DNA of 64,000 nt from an uncultured delta proteobacterium. Its GTDB lineage: Bacteria; Desulfobacterota; BSN033; UBA1163. The DNA lies in the NCBI GenBank assembly GCA_963828805.1, contig CAWHGS010000011.1:22212-86211 (forward strand). Reading direction: 5' to 3'. The translations under genes were made by a program, and so were the position numbers. The stretch's first letter is position 1. Each line of letters starts with the position of its first letter. The notes under the pieces were generated by a model that was not told the DNA's origin, ran no database searches, and saw only the letters and a program-made list of their open reading frames with translations. This document shows positions 23,049 through 34,681 of the stretch, in pieces.

Positions 23049-23660
23049 ATCTCCTCCTCATGAACGTTTTTCCCAAAGGGGAATTATCCTCATCTGAGGG
23101 CATGCCCAAATGGTTCATTCAGATTCAACGGCCAATAACACGAAGAAAGCGAAAAGGAATAAAAACGCACATTTCCCGTTTGATTTAATCTATAAGATTT
23201 TTCAGGCCAAATCAACCCCTGAGGTCGATTCCCATAAGGTCAATATCAGCTCAGAAGAGATAGGCCGCACACCCTATTTCATCGAATCCGAATAGGATGT
23301 AAAAGATTCCATCCGGCATGGGCAGGATTTTCGAAATATTGAAAAATGCTGAACAGGGCTGGCCAAGGTGAAGGATCCCGCCTTCTTAAGGGTTGGCAAC
23401 CCCTCACCCCGTTTAGGATATTAAGCGTTCAACCGCGGACCATCGTCGTCTGGGTAGGATCTGAACGGCAAGTATTACTGTAAGACAGGACACTGGCCGA
23501 AGACTTAGAGCTTATCCTAAGTAACTTCCCCCCTTTGTAAAGGGGGGAGGGGGAATTTAATGGGCCTGCATCGGGGAAATCCCCCTAAATCCCCCTTATT
23601 CAAAGGGGGACTTGGTAAAACGAAATTATTTACGGATAAGTTCTTAATGTTATCTCTTGC

Positions 23661-24872
23661 TCATGTCCATCGGGCTCGATAGCCCCTGGATCGCCCCTCG
23701 CCTTCACTCTCTCGAAGAGGGATGTTTTTCACCCCTCCCACGTTGGCCAGGGGAGGAACAGGGATGCAGGCAATCTTAGTCGCCGCATAGGCCTCGATGT
23801 TCCGGAGTTTTCCAATCTCCCTCCCCACCACGAAGGAGAAGGCCTGGCCCATTTTTCCGGCACGGGCCGTTCTGCCTATACGATGAACATAGTATCCTTC
23901 ATCCTGGGGAAGATCGTAATTGAAAACGGCCTCGATGTCTTTCACATCGATGCCCCTTGCTGCAACGTCCGTGGCGACGAGTATCCCCGACATATTCCTC
24001 CTGAATCGATCCATGGCACGGGTCCTCTGAGGCTGAGTCATATCTCCATGGAGACCTTGAGCGAGATACCCCCTTGACCCAAGCTTCATCACCACTTCAT
24101 CGACCCTCCGTTTCATATTGCAGAAAACGAGGGACGATTTCAGGCCGTGGATGTCAATGAGGCGGCATAGGACATCCACCTTGGCGCCCTCCTTAACGCC
24201 CAGGTAATACTGTTTCAACTGAGGAACCGTCAATTGTCTCTGGACAACCTTGACAAATTCCGGATCCCGCTGGTATTTCCGGGTCAGTTTCAGAATGGGG
24301 TTGGGCATGGTCGCCGAAAAGAGGAGCGTCTGCCTTTCCTTAGGGACCCTCTGAAGAATCGTCTCCACGTCATCAATAAAACCCATCTGGAGCATCTCAT
24401 CCGCTTCGTCCAGGACGGCGGTCTTCACATGGTCGAGTTTCAGCGTGCCCCTGCGGATGTGGTCGATGGTGCGGCCCGGCGTTCCGATGACGACCTGAAC
24501 ACCCGATCTGAGGGCCTGGATCTGAAGCCCTATGGGTTGTCCTCCATAGATGGGCTGCACGTGTACGCCTCTCTTGTAGGTGAGAACCTTTTTCAGCTCC
24601 CTTGCAACCTGGACAGCCAGCTCACGGGTAGGACACAGGACAATCGCCTGCGTCTTCCGGACGCCCGGGTCGACCGAATCCAGCATGGGGAGGCCGTAGG
24701 CAAGCGTCTTCCCCGTCCCGGTCTGTGCCTGCCCGATGATATCTCTCCCTTCAAGGATAAGGGGGATGGCCTTTGCCTGAATAGGCGTCATGGTCTCGAA
24801 TCCCATATCCCGAACGGCTTTGCGCAATTCTCCCGAGATGGGGAGATCTCCAAACTTTTCTGTTTGCATCAT
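23661..24872 (-). CDS. DEAD-box ATP-dependent RNA helicase (RhlE/DeaD-like) with RG-rich C-tail
   Basis: 403 aa intact; Q motif, AQTGTGKT, PTRELA, DEAD, SAT, HRIGRTAR motifs. Confidence 0.9.
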   Translation of the reverse strand: MMQTEKFGDLPISGELRKAVRDMGFETMTPIQAKAIPLILEGRDIIGQAQTGTGKTLAYGLPMLDSVDPGVRKTQAIVLCPTRELAVQVARELKKVLTYKRGVHVQPIYGGQPIGLQIQALRSGVQVVIGTPGRTIDHIRRGTLKLDHVKTAVLDEADEMLQMGFIDDVETILQRVPKERQTLLFSATMPNPILKLTRKYQRDPEFVKVVQRQLTVPQLKQYYLGVKEGAKVDVLCRLIDIHGLKSSLVFCNMKRRVDEVVMKLGSRGYLAQGLHGDMTQPQRTRAMDRFRRNMSGILVATDVAARGIDVKDIEAVFNYDLPQDEGYYVHRIGRTARAGKMGQAFSFVVGREIGKLRNIEAYAATKIACIPVPPLANVGGVKNIPLRESEGEGRSRGYRARWT

Positions 24873-25054
24873 TCTTCCTTTTACGTATTGGTATTTGGTT
24901 TTAGCCGTGAATCAGTTTACGCGAATTCAATCGGAGGGAACGAAGGAAACAGATAAATTGAAAACACGACGAGGATCAAAAGATAACACACAATCGCCGA
25001 TATTGCAAAGGTTGGTATGGGCTGCAATTCAGGCACTAAACTTCAGGCCTCACT

Positions 25055-26122
25055 TCACACATTAAAAAGAAAGTTGATAATGTCGCCGTCTTCAACCATA
25101 TAGTCCCGTCCCTTCTGCATTAACCGGCCGACCTCCCTGACCTTCTGTTCGCCCCCCAGGCTGATCAGGTCTTGATATTTCATCACCTCTGCCCGGATGA
25201 AACCGCGCTCGATGTCGGAATGGATGACTCCTGCCGCCTGGGGCGCCAGCGTCCCCTGCCGGTTCGTCCATGCCCGCACCTCGTCAGGTCCCACGGTAAA
25301 GAATGAAATCAATCCGAGGGTGTTGTAGCAGAGCAGGGTCAACCGGTCCAGGGCGGGCTGGTCAAGGTGAAGGTCTTTGAGAAAGACCTCTCGCTCTGCC
25401 GGATCGAGCAGAGAGAGCTCCTCCTCAATCTTGGCGGATACGGCAATCCACTCGAAATCCTGCTCAGGAAAATGCTCTTTCAAACGGAGGATCAGGTCCT
25501 GATCCTTCAACTCATCTTCATCCACGTTCAGGATGAGAATGACCGTCTTGCGGGTCAAGAAAGGATAGCTGGCGATCAGTTTCACTTCATCTCCACTCAG
25601 AACGAAGCTTCGGAGGGAGTTCCCCTGGTCAAGGTGGCTCTTCATGCGAAGGAGGAGGTCTGTCTCGATAGCCGCCTTCTGGGCATCCTTTTTTTTATTC
25701 TGCTCTTTCTCAAGCCGCTCAAGACGCTTTTCGATAAAAAGCAGATCATTGAGCTGCAATTCCTCATTGAAGATTTGGACATCCCGTTGAGGATTGACGC
25801 TTCCCTCAACATGGAAGACGGTATCATCCTTAAACGTCCGGACGAGGTGGCAGATCACATCCACTTTTTCGAGGGTCTGAAAAATTTGCTCATTTCGCGA
25901 TGTCTGCTTCTCCAGATCAGGCAGAAGGACGAACTCGAAATAAGCCGGCGTCTTCTGCCGTGGAGCGTAGATCTCCACAAGGCGATCGAATCGCCCATCC
26001 CGCACCTTTGCCAGCCCTAAGGCTGTCCCTTTTCTACTGTCCGGGTTCGCCTGCTGCCCGGTGAGCAGACGAAAAAGGGTGCGTTTCCCGACCTGAGGAA
26101 AACCGACCAGACCCAGCTTCAT
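25055..26122 (-). CDS. ychF: Redox-regulated ribosome-binding ATPase YchF (Obg-like ATPase)
   Basis: MKLGLVGFPQVGKRTLF G1 motif, TGS-like C domain; RBS aaggaggg before the internal Met taken as start. Confidence 0.9.
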   Translation of the reverse strand: MKLGLVGFPQVGKRTLFRLLTGQQANPDSRKGTALGLAKVRDGRFDRLVEIYAPRQKTPAYFEFVLLPDLEKQTSRNEQIFQTLEKVDVICHLVRTFKDDTVFHVEGSVNPQRDVQIFNEELQLNDLLFIEKRLERLEKEQNKKKDAQKAAIETDLLLRMKSHLDQGNSLRSFVLSGDEVKLIASYPFLTRKTVILILNVDEDELKDQDLILRLKEHFPEQDFEWIAVSAKIEEELSLLDPAEREVFLKDLHLDQPALDRLTLLCYNTLGLISFFTVGPDEVRAWTNRQGTLAPQAAGVIHSDIERGFIRAEVMKYQDLISLGGEQKVREVGRLMQKGRDYMVEDGDIINFLFNV

Positions 26123-26361
26123 CGCATCGCCCTCCTTTGAACGAGCAAAATCCCCCACAAAACTTGATTTCCACAAGTGCACGTCTGCCAGGATAACCGC
26201 AGCGGATCTCAGGGAGAATCTTCGGGAATCCTTGGAGATAAAAACCTTCGGAGAAGTGCCGGGAAGGATTAAATTGTAATGTCTAAAGATAACATGCAAG
26301 ACTCTGTTTTTCAATCTTCATAAAACAAAGCCCCGTCCAAAGGACGGGGCTCTCGAGGATC

Positions 26362-26437
<76 letters not shown>

Positions 26438-26460
26438 CGTATATTCTGTTTTCTATCAGC

Positions 26461-26525
26461 CTGGGAAGGCCCGCAACCTTCCCGGTGCCTCACCGGGACG
26501 CTCTAACCAATTGAACTACGCCCCC
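26461..26525 (-). pseudogene. tRNA-Asp-like truncated copy: 5' half identical to tRNA-Asp, anticodon arm replaced by a tcccgg-tgaggca-ccggga hairpin, T arm degenerate
   Basis: Direct comparison with the adjacent intact tRNA-Asp; no acceptable T arm or 3' acceptor. Confidence 0.5.
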
Positions 26526-26657
26526 GATTCTAATCACAAGTAACAAGTAATGAGTTATGAGTTCGGAGTTAAAGTAAAAATTAGTTTAACCTATCAGCTC
26601 AAAGAAATCAAAGAGTTTGAAACCCGGAGATCCTTACTCCGAACTCTTTACTCGCTA

Positions 26658-26720
26658 TGGTAGGCGGGACAGGGATTGAACCTGAGACCTTCCCGGTTCT
26701 ATACCGGGACGCTCTCCCAT
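26658..26720 (-). pseudogene. tRNA-like fragment: 3' two-thirds like tRNA-Val(TAC) (T arm, acceptor, CCA) with anticodon arm tcccgg-tatagaa-ccggga and a non-pairing 5' end
   Basis: Acceptor 5' strand gggaaga cannot pair with cccgcct; loop lacks U33. Confidence 0.5.
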
Positions 26721-26744
26721 GATTGTCTTCCCTAATCCAAGCTA

Positions 26745-26820
26745 TGGTAGGCGGGACAGGGATTGAACCTGCGACCTCTGGCTTGTAAGGCCAGCGCTCT
26801 CCCAATTGAGCTACCCGCCC
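26745..26820 (-). tRNA. tRNA-Val (anticodon TAC)
   Basis: Manual cloverleaf: gggcggg acceptor, ctggc-ctTACaa-gccag anticodon arm, gcagg-ttcaatc-cctgt T arm, CCA encoded. Confidence 0.8.
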
Positions 26821-26847
26821 TTCCTCCTTGAAACCCAGAACATCTGT

Positions 26848-26897
26848 GACCTTTCCGGTTTATAACCGGAGCGCTCTCCCAACTGAGCTACCCGCCC
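26848..26897 (-). pseudogene. tRNA-like fragment: 5' half like tRNA-Val (gggcgggtagctcagttgggagagcg) plus hairpin tccgg-ttataaa-ccgga; no T arm
   Basis: 3' side (26821..26847) cannot form a T arm or acceptor. Confidence 0.5.
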
Positions 26898-26969
26898 ATT
26901 ACCGCCATTTTATGGAATACTCATCGTGATGTCAAGTCAGTCTGAAGGTTCAGAGAAGATTCTGTTTCT

Positions 26970-29392
26970 CTATGCCATGACGCCCGAATCCATCTCCATT
27001 TCAGGCGTTGCCATTCCCTTCATTCTCGGCGCAAGAAAATGTTCCGGATCTTCCAGGACCAGCGCCCGTTTGAGCACCTCATCCATGTGATCCACCAGGA
27101 CCAGTTCGATCGACTTCAGAATCTTGGGAGGAATCTCCTTGATATCCTTTTCATTCTCTTTCGGAATGAGGACCGTCTTGATCCCCGCGCGATGGGCAGC
27201 CAGGATCTTTTCTTTCAACCCTCCGATGGGAAGAATCCTGCCCCTCAGCGTGATCTCACCGGTCATGGCCAGATCGCTTCTCACGGGGATCTTCAGAAGG
27301 GCCGAGACAATGGCCGTCGCCATGGTGATCCCCGCAGAGGGTCCGTCCTTGGGGATCGCCCCCTCCGGAACGTGAATATGGGTGTCGAGTCTTTGATAAA
27401 AATTCTTTTCGAGACCGAGTCGATCCGCCCTCGACCGCACATAACTCATGGCCGCCTGAGCCGATTCCTGCATCACCTCGCCCAATTTCCCGGTGATGAT
27501 CAGGTTCCCTCTTCCCTGCATGACCGTCACTTCAGTGGTGAGGAGTTCTCCGCCCACCTCTGTCCAGGCTAACCCATTGGCCAATCCGACCTGGTTCTGC
27601 TTTCTCCCCCTTTTCATACCGGAACTTCGGAACCCCCAGATATTTCTGAATTCCCTCGGGGTGATCCTTCACGTGAAACCTGTTTCCCTTCCTTTAGAAC
27701 CTTCTTTGCCACCTTCCGGCAGATGGAGGCGATCTCTCGCTCAAGATTCCTCACGCCCGACTTCCCGGGTGTAGCCCTGAATGATCTTACGGATGGCCGC
27801 ATCAGAAAAGTGGATGTTCTTTGGGAGTCAGTCCGTTGGCCTTGATCTGTTTGGGAACGAGAAATTTCTGCGCAATTTGAATCTTCTCCGGTTCGGTATA
27901 ACCCGCGATCCGGATGACCTCCATTCGATCCTGAAGCGGAGGGGGAATGGAATAGAGGGTATTGGCCGTCGTGATAAAGAAGACCTTGGAGAGATCATAA
28001 TCCACGTCGAGATAATGGTCATTAAAGGTATGGTTCTGCTCAGGGTCGAGCACTTCGAGCAGGGCTGCCGATGGATCTCCCCGGAAGTCCGTGCTCATCT
28101 TGTCCACTTCATCGAGCAAAAAAACCGGATTATTCGATCCCGCCTTTTTGATGGACTGGATGATCTTGCCCGGCAGGGCGCCCACATAGGTCCTTCGATG
28201 GCCCCGGATCTCGGCCTCATCCCGGACCCCTCCCAGGGAAAGCCTGACGAAACGCCGTCCCATCGATCGGGCGATCGATTTTGCCAGAGAGGTCTTTCCA
28301 ACGCCCGGGGGACCGACAAAACAGAGGATGGGACCCTTGATCTTTTTCACGAGGCCCTGAACGGCCAGGTATTCCAGAATCCTTTCCTTCACCTCCTTCA
28401 ATCCATAGTGGTCTTCATCCAGGATCTTTTCAGCCTTCTTCAGATCCAGTTTATCCTTCGTACAATAGCTCCAGGGAAGGGAAAGGAACCAATCGATATA
28501 ATTTCGAACGACCGTCGCCTCTGCCGACATGGGAGACATCAGCTTTAACTTCTTAAACTCCTTTTCCACCTTTTGGGTGGCCTCTTTGGACATCTTTTTC
28601 TCTTTGATCCTGAGCTCCAGTTCCCTCATCTCGGCGGAAAAGTCGTCCTTTTCTCCCAGCTCCTTCTGGATGGCCCGCATCTGCTCGTTGAGATAGTATT
28701 CCTTCTGATTCTTCTCCATCTGTTTTTTGACCCGTTCCCGGATCTTCTGCTCCATCTGAAGGATCTCAATCTCCGTCCGGAGAAGCCGGTAGAGTTCTTC
28801 GAGCCTCTTCTCGGGAGCACAGGATCTCCAGCAGTCTCTGTTTGTCTTCCAGTTTCAGAGCTGATGTGGACCACCATCGTATCCACCAAGGATCCGGATC
28901 ATCCATCTCCGATAGGGAGGCCACCACTTCGGAATTGACGCGCTGGGTCAATTTGGCATAGGTTCCGAAGAGATTGACGACGCTCCTCATCAAGGCCTCC
29001 GTCTCTAAGGTCGGCTGAGCAAAAGACCTCGATCTCCTCCACTTCAGCCAGTGAAAAGGGCTCGTTTCGGAATCAACCGGAGAAGTCGTCCCCGGACTTC
29101 GCCCTCTGCCAGGACCTTCACCGTTCCATCCTGAAGCTTCACGCACTGGATGGCCGTCCCCAGCGTTCCAATGGGATAGAGGTCCTCTTCCCGTGGATCA
29201 TTGACCTTTGTGATTTTCTGGAGGACGAAGAAAAGCCTCTGATCCTTTTCCATGGAGGATTCAATGGCCCGGATAGACCGATCTCTTCCCACCAGAAGAG
29301 GAACCACCATGTGGGGAAAGACGACCGATATCCCTCAGCGGAAGAAGCGGAACGATCACTTTCTTACTTTCTGCAGTGCTGCATAGGACATT
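26970..29392 (-). CDS. lon: ATP-dependent Lon protease (LonA), 5 fragments
   Basis: Lon N domain (ORF 29044..29310), AAA+ GPPGVGKTS Walker A (27802..28755), S16 protease domain with PKDGPSAG catalytic Ser (26970..27617). Confidence 0.9.
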
Positions 29393-29608
29393 GGCTCAGA
29401 TCATTTTCTTCACCTCACCAACCCTACTGAAAAACAGAAACCGCGGGTATGGAGTCAGAGTCCTAAACACTATCTCGAATCTCTGTCGTCCCGGGGAGAT
29501 CGATCTGGAATGAGTTGCTTCGAAGTTTTGAATCTCAGGTGATTGCCGATACGTCTAAGAGGCGTTCTATCGGATTTCGAATTCTCTGGTTATGGAGATC
29601 GGATTGCT

Positions 29609-30860
29609 TCAGGCGACTTCTGCCCCTTTCTCATAGAGAAGGATCGGGCTTTCACGGTTGAGGACAACCTCTTCGCTGATGATACACTCCCGGATATTGG
29701 GCTGGGAGGGAATCTCATACATCACATCGAGCATGATATTTTCCATAATCGACCGAAGCCCCCGGGCTCCTGATTTTCTCTTGAGGGCCTCCTTGGCAAT
29801 GGCCATCAGGGCGCCCTCGGTAAACCGGAGTTTCACATTTTCGAAATCGAAGAGCTTCTGATACTGTTTGACCAGGGCATTTTTCGGTTTCTTCAGGATA
29901 TCGATGAGGGCTTCGATGCTCAACTCGTCCAGGGTGGCGATCACCGGAAGCCTTCCGATAAACTCGGGAATCAATCCGAACTTGAGGAGATCCTCGGGCT
30001 GAACCTCCCGGAGGACCTCCCCCATGCCCATCTCGTTGCGAGCCTTGATCTCGGCCCCAAATCCGATGGTCTTCCCTCCGATCCGCTGCTCAATGATCTT
30101 TTCCAGCCCGACAAAGGCCCCTCCGCAGATAAAAAGAATATTGGTCGTATCGATCTGGATAAACTCCTGCTGGGGATGTTTCCGGCCCCCCTTGGGCGGG
30201 ACACTGGCAACGGTCCCTTCGATGATCTTGAGAAGGGCCTGCTGGACCCCCTCTCCGGAGACATCGCGCGTGATGGAGGGGCTGTCGGACTTCTTCGAGA
30301 TCTTGTCGATCTCGTCAATATAGACGATCCCCTTCTGGGTCCGCTCGATATCATAATCGGCTGCCTGAAGGAGGGCCAGGATGATATTCTCCACATCCTC
30401 GCCCACATACCCCGCTTCGGTGAGGCAGGTGGCATCGGCAATGGTAAAGGGAACATCGAGGATCTTGGCCAGGGTCTGGGCCAGAAGCGTCTTCCCTGAT
30501 CCCGTCGGACCGATGAGGAGAATATTCGATTTCTGAAGTTCCACATCGCACGGCCTGGACGCGGCCATCAATCCGTTTGTAGTGGTTATGGACGGCAACG
30601 GACAGGATCTTCTTGGCATGCTCCTGTCCGATGACATATTCATCCAGTTTCGCCTTGATCTCCATCGGCTTGGGAACGGTCATCCGGCCGGGGACAAACC
30701 GCTCCTCCGCCTCCTCGGCGATGATCTCGTTGCAGAGTTCGATGCATTCGTCACAGATATAGACCGTGGGGCCGGCAATCAGTTTTCGGACCTCGTCCTG
30801 GCTTTTCCCGCAGAAAGAGCAACGCAAAACGGTCCCGTAATTTCCTCCATCCGTCTTCAT
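29609..30860 (-). CDS. clpX: ATP-dependent Clp protease ATP-binding subunit ClpX (one frameshift)
   Basis: Zn-binding CSFCGKS...CDEC N-terminus; GPTGSGKT Walker A; ClpX-type C domain. Confidence 0.9.
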
Positions 30861-30881
30861 CCTTTTCTCCTTTCTGAAGGA

Positions 30882-31490
30882 TTATCCTTGGGATCGGACA
30901 GGACGTTGGGTCACCACCTCATCGATGATGCCGTACTCCTTGGCCTGGAGGCCCGTCATATAGAGATCCCGATCCGTATCCGCCTCGATCCGCTCGATGG
31001 GTTGGTGGGTATGTTTGACCAGAATCTGATTCAGCTCGGCTCGAAGCCGAAGGATCTCCCGGGCCTGGATGTCCACATCCGAGGCCTGTCCCTGAAAACC
31101 GCCCATGGGCTGATGGATCAGGATTCTTGAATGAGGCAGGGCAAATCGTTTCCCCTTCTCCCCTGCGGCCAGAAGCAGGGCCGCAATGCTTGCAGCCTGC
31201 CCCATGCACAAGGTCGAAACCTTGGGACGAATGTACTGCATGGTGTCATAGATGGCCAGTCCGGAAGTCACCACGCCACCCGGGGAATTGATATAGAGAT
31301 GGATATCCTTGTCCGGATCCTCGGACTCCAGAAAAAGCATCTGGGCAATCACCAGATTGGCGATATCATCGTCGATGGGCGTTCCCAACAAAGACGATTC
31401 TCTCTTTCAGGAGGCGTGAGTAGATATCATAGGCCCTCTCGCCCCTTCCATCCCTTTCAATCACAATGGGTATCAATGTCATACGCTTTC
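30882..31490 (-). CDS. clpP: ATP-dependent Clp protease proteolytic subunit ClpP (one frameshift near 31395)
   Basis: [11 protein letters not shown] catalytic Ser region and HQP His motif; N-terminus MTLIPIVIE...[14 protein letters not shown] in another frame. Confidence 0.9.
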
Positions 31491-32835
31491 CTCTCTGACT
31501 CTCATCGAAATCATCTTCTCGGATTCTGTGCACAGCCGTCTTATGGAGTAAGTGATCTCCGCCTTTTCAAGAAGGAGATTCAGGGTCTTATTGCTCAGGA
31601 TCCCTGCCTTCACCTCGGGAATCAGCCCGTTCTTTTCGTAGTAGCGTTTGACCACATCCAGTTTCTGATGCGTCTTTTCGGAGATCTCTTTCAGGCGCTC
31701 TTCCACTTCTTCATCGCGTGACCGTGATGCCTTCCTGCTCCGAGATCTTTTCAAGGATCAAGAAGGTCCGGACCTGTTTCTGTGCGGTTTCCACGGTAAT
31801 CCTCTTTCAGCTTTTCTTCTGTGACTCCCAGGCTTTCAAAGGCCATCCCCTGGGAGGCCAGCCTCGTCTTCGTGTCGGAGACGAGGGATTTGGCCTGCTC
31901 TTCCACCAGGCTTTCAGGAAGCTCAAAGGGATGGGCCTGGATCAGCTGGTCCACCACCTGATCCTTGAGCTGACGGTCCAGGGCCGATTCTTTTCTCCTT
32001 TTCAAGATCCTGTCTCAACTGGGCCTTTAACTCTTCTAAGGAAGCGTAGCTTCCAAGATCCTTTGCAAACTCGTCATCCAGGGAGGAAGGATCTTCTCTT
32101 TGATCTCTTTGATCTTTGACGTGAAACGAAACGGTCTTCCCGGCCCATTTCTTGTATCCGTAATCTTCGGGAAAGGAGACTTCGATCTCCTTTTCTTCCT
32201 CGGGTTTCGAACCCACCAGTTTCTCTTCGAAGGCCAGGAATGAATCGGCCACTTCCCACCTCTACGGTAAAGTCGATCGGCCTTTCCCTCCTCCAGGGGC
32301 TTGCCCGTCCAGCGTCGCCTCGTAATCCAGGATGACAAAATCCCCGTTCTGGATGGGCCTGGGCTCTGGAATCGTCTTTAAATTGGCAGTATAGATTCTG
32401 GAGCCCCTTGAGGCGCTCCTCCACCTCTTCATCCTTCACCTCCTCCTTCTTCCCTTCGATCTTCAAACCAAAATACCCTTCCATTTTAAAGTCAGGCTTG
32501 GTTTCGACGATGGCAGAATACTGGAATGGTTTTCCGATTTCGAGTTCCTGAGGATCGATGACAGGAGCGGAGACCGGGTGGAGGTTTGAATCTTCAAAGG
32601 CCTTGGGCATCGTATCCTGAATCAGTTTCTGGAGGGCCTCTCCCTTCACATAATCCTTGAAGTATCTCTCCAGAATCTCCCGGGGGACCTTTCCGGGCCG
32701 GAAACCTTTTATCTTTGCCTTCTTTTTCAGATCCTCATAGATCGAATTGATCTCCTGGGTCACCTGGTCTTCGGGAATTTCGATGTTCACCTTCTTCTTC
32801 ACTCCGCTGATATCTTCGACATTTACTTTCATCAT
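31479..32835 (-). CDS. tig: Trigger factor (4 fragments)
   Basis: [21 protein letters not shown]-terminal ribosome-binding domain, FKBP-like middle, C-terminal arm fragments; canonical tig-clpP-clpX-lon order. Confidence 0.85.
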
Positions 32836-32900
32836 TTATCCCTTCAATGGTCTATTTCGTTAATTTCAATCCCTCAATAAACTGAGGATTTGCATTTTGA

Positions 32901-32987
32901 TGGTGCCGAGGGCGGGACTCGAACCCGCACAGTCTCTCGACCACGAGATCCTAAGTCTCGCGCGTATCCCAATTTCGCCACCCCGGC
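32901..32987 (-). tRNA. tRNA-Leu (anticodon TAG), class II with long variable arm
   Basis: Manual fold: gccgggg acceptor, cgaga-ctTAGga-tctcg anticodon arm, long variable arm, gcggg-ttcgagt-cccgc T arm, CCA. Confidence 0.85.
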
Positions 32988-33332
32988 TCGAACGTGCCTG
33001 ACTTCCCAATCTGTGCCTGCCTGCTCCAGACTAGGAGGGCAGGAGACAGATACGGAAAGGTTGAAGAGCGGAAGGGAATCTTTGGTGCTTAACGTAAAGA
33101 GTTAAAAACTAAACCCAAATAATTCCAAAGGGTTACGAAATTCAATGATCAACGATCTATCATAATTTTTACCACAATGAACCCTGTTTTGTCAATTTTA
33201 TCCGACGACCCTGCACCTTACTCTCCCAACTGAGGCTGTGTCACAATAGAAAATTAACGTTTTGCAATGGGTGGGAGGCGGAACTCTATTCGGAGAGCAT
33301 TTGTAGTTAAGATTATGATATTGTTATTTTTT

Positions 33333-33584
33333 TTAGTTATCTCTGGTAGGCGGTTTACATACACCGCAGGGAACGTACCCGGCTTTGACAGCCTCTTCCG
33401 CCGTGTCAAAGCCAACCCTGTTTTGCTCCTGGAGCCCCCGCACCTGTTTACAGGTCGGCAGATGATATTTTATCGAAAATTTGGACGCCACATATTTATA
33501 ATCCCCGGCAGATAAGGCTAGCGGCATAAAAACCAGGAGGCAACCAAGAAAAAAATAGAATTTAGTCTTTTTCCTTATCCTCAT
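33333..33584 (-). CDS. Small secreted protein with Ada-type zinc-binding-like motif
   Basis: Signal-peptide-like N-terminus; KYHLPTC...GFDTAEEAVKAGYVPCGVCKP resembles the Ada N-terminal metal-binding domain (FFxxxEEAxxAGfRPCxxCxP). Confidence 0.45.
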   Translation of the reverse strand: MRIRKKTKFYFFLGCLLVFMPLALSAGDYKYVASKFSIKYHLPTCKQVRGLQEQNRVGFDTAEEAVKAGYVPCGVCKPPTRDN

Positions 33585-33778
33585 AGATCCTCCCTATACA
33601 CCCTCCATCAGTTACGTTTTTTTATTTTTACCACCTTTCTTATGGAAAGGCAATAAAAAAAACTAATTATCCATATAATTTCGTTGACTTTTTTCAGCAA
33701 AATGAGTACTCTCATAAAAAGACTTAGGTGAAAAAGACTGATTGAATATAAATGAGATCCTGGTGAAAGGAGACCTTA

Positions 33779-34177
33779 ATGGCACCCATGAGGCATCCGG
33801 CAGGAACGAAAAAGGGGAAAGACCTTGTAAAGGAACGAAGAAAAAGTCCGAGATTTTATTTCAAGCTTCCGGTCAGTTATTCCCGTAACGCAAGTAAAGA
33901 CCACTATGGAGGCATTGTCGGGAATGCGAGCGAAGGAGGAATCCTGATCCACCTCCCCGAAAAATTGGATGCCGGCGAAGTCCTTAAAATCGAAATTCTC
34001 TTTGCGAAGGAGTGGGAGCTGAAGACCGTTCGGGGGGTTGGAAAAATCGTCTGGTCGGATTTGCCAATCAGAAGAGGCGGGAAGGTGCACCGCTACGGTT
34101 TGCAGTTTCAACTGTTCAACAAGAGGAACCTCCAGAAGTTGAGAATTCTTCTGAAAGAGGCTTCTAATAAAGAGTGA
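33779..34177 (+). CDS. PilZ domain protein (candidate c-di-GMP receptor)
   Basis: RKSPRFY (RxxxR) and GNASEGG (D/NxSxxG) PilZ signature motifs with correct spacing. Confidence 0.7.
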   Translation: MAPMRHPAGTKKGKDLVKERRKSPRFYFKLPVSYSRNASKDHYGGIVGNASEGGILIHLPEKLDAGEVLKIEILFAKEWELKTVRGVGKIVWSDLPIRRGGKVHRYGLQFQLFNKRNLQKLRILLKEASNKE

Positions 34178-34231
34178 CATAGGTCACGCCTGCTGAAAGA
34201 GATGGGGCATGCAGGTTTTTGAGGCTATCGG

Positions 34232-34681
34232 GTGATGAAAAAACCGACCAAAAAAGAACTCTTGGAAAAATACGAGACGAGGGAGCCAAATCTTTTTGTC
34301 CAATTCGACGCCTTTAAGACGGCGGGGGATGAGGATAATCTCATGCCGCCGGACGGAGATGGTTTCTGGTTCCAGGCACGCCGCACCTATGAGTTAATGG
34401 ATAGGGTGGATGTCAGAGTCTTGATCAGCCCCGAAGCAGACCGGAAAGATGTCAGGGTGGTGCTGAAAAAATTGATGGATCAGATCGATCAGGACGGGCT
34501 CCAACTTCTGGACGGGGCAAAGGAAGAATCAGAGAAGTCTCGGGGCATCGATGGCATTGCCGAAAGCCTGATCCGGATTCGTGGTTTTCAATGGAAAGAC
34601 TTCGAATATTTAATTCGGGCAGCAAAAGAAAAACTCGAGGACAAAACCACGAAGCCCGATGACGAATGTCCCTTTTGGTGA
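34232..34681 (+). CDS. Hypothetical protein (149 aa, acidic)
   Basis: Intact ORF with coding-like composition; no recognisable family. Confidence 0.35.
   Translation: MMKKPTKKELLEKYETREPNLFVQFDAFKTAGDEDNLMPPDGDGFWFQARRTYELMDRVDVRVLISPEADRKDVRVVLKKLMDQIDQDGLQLLDGAKEESEKSRGIDGIAESLIRIRGFQWKDFEYLIRAAKEKLEDKTTKPDDECPFW

Noticed and set aside
26608-26805. 65-aa minus-strand ORF
   Set aside because: Lies over the tRNA-Val(TAC) and tRNA-like fragments; it is translated tRNA sequence.
29330-29610. CIRCE or sigma32 heat-shock element upstream of lon
   Set aside because: No TTAGCACTC-N9-GAGTGCTAA inverted repeat and no convincing sigma32 boxes were found by eye.
33776-34180. 134-aa minus-strand ORF
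   Set aside because: Exact antisense of the PilZ gene, which carries the diagnostic RxxxR and DxSxxG motifs on the plus strand.
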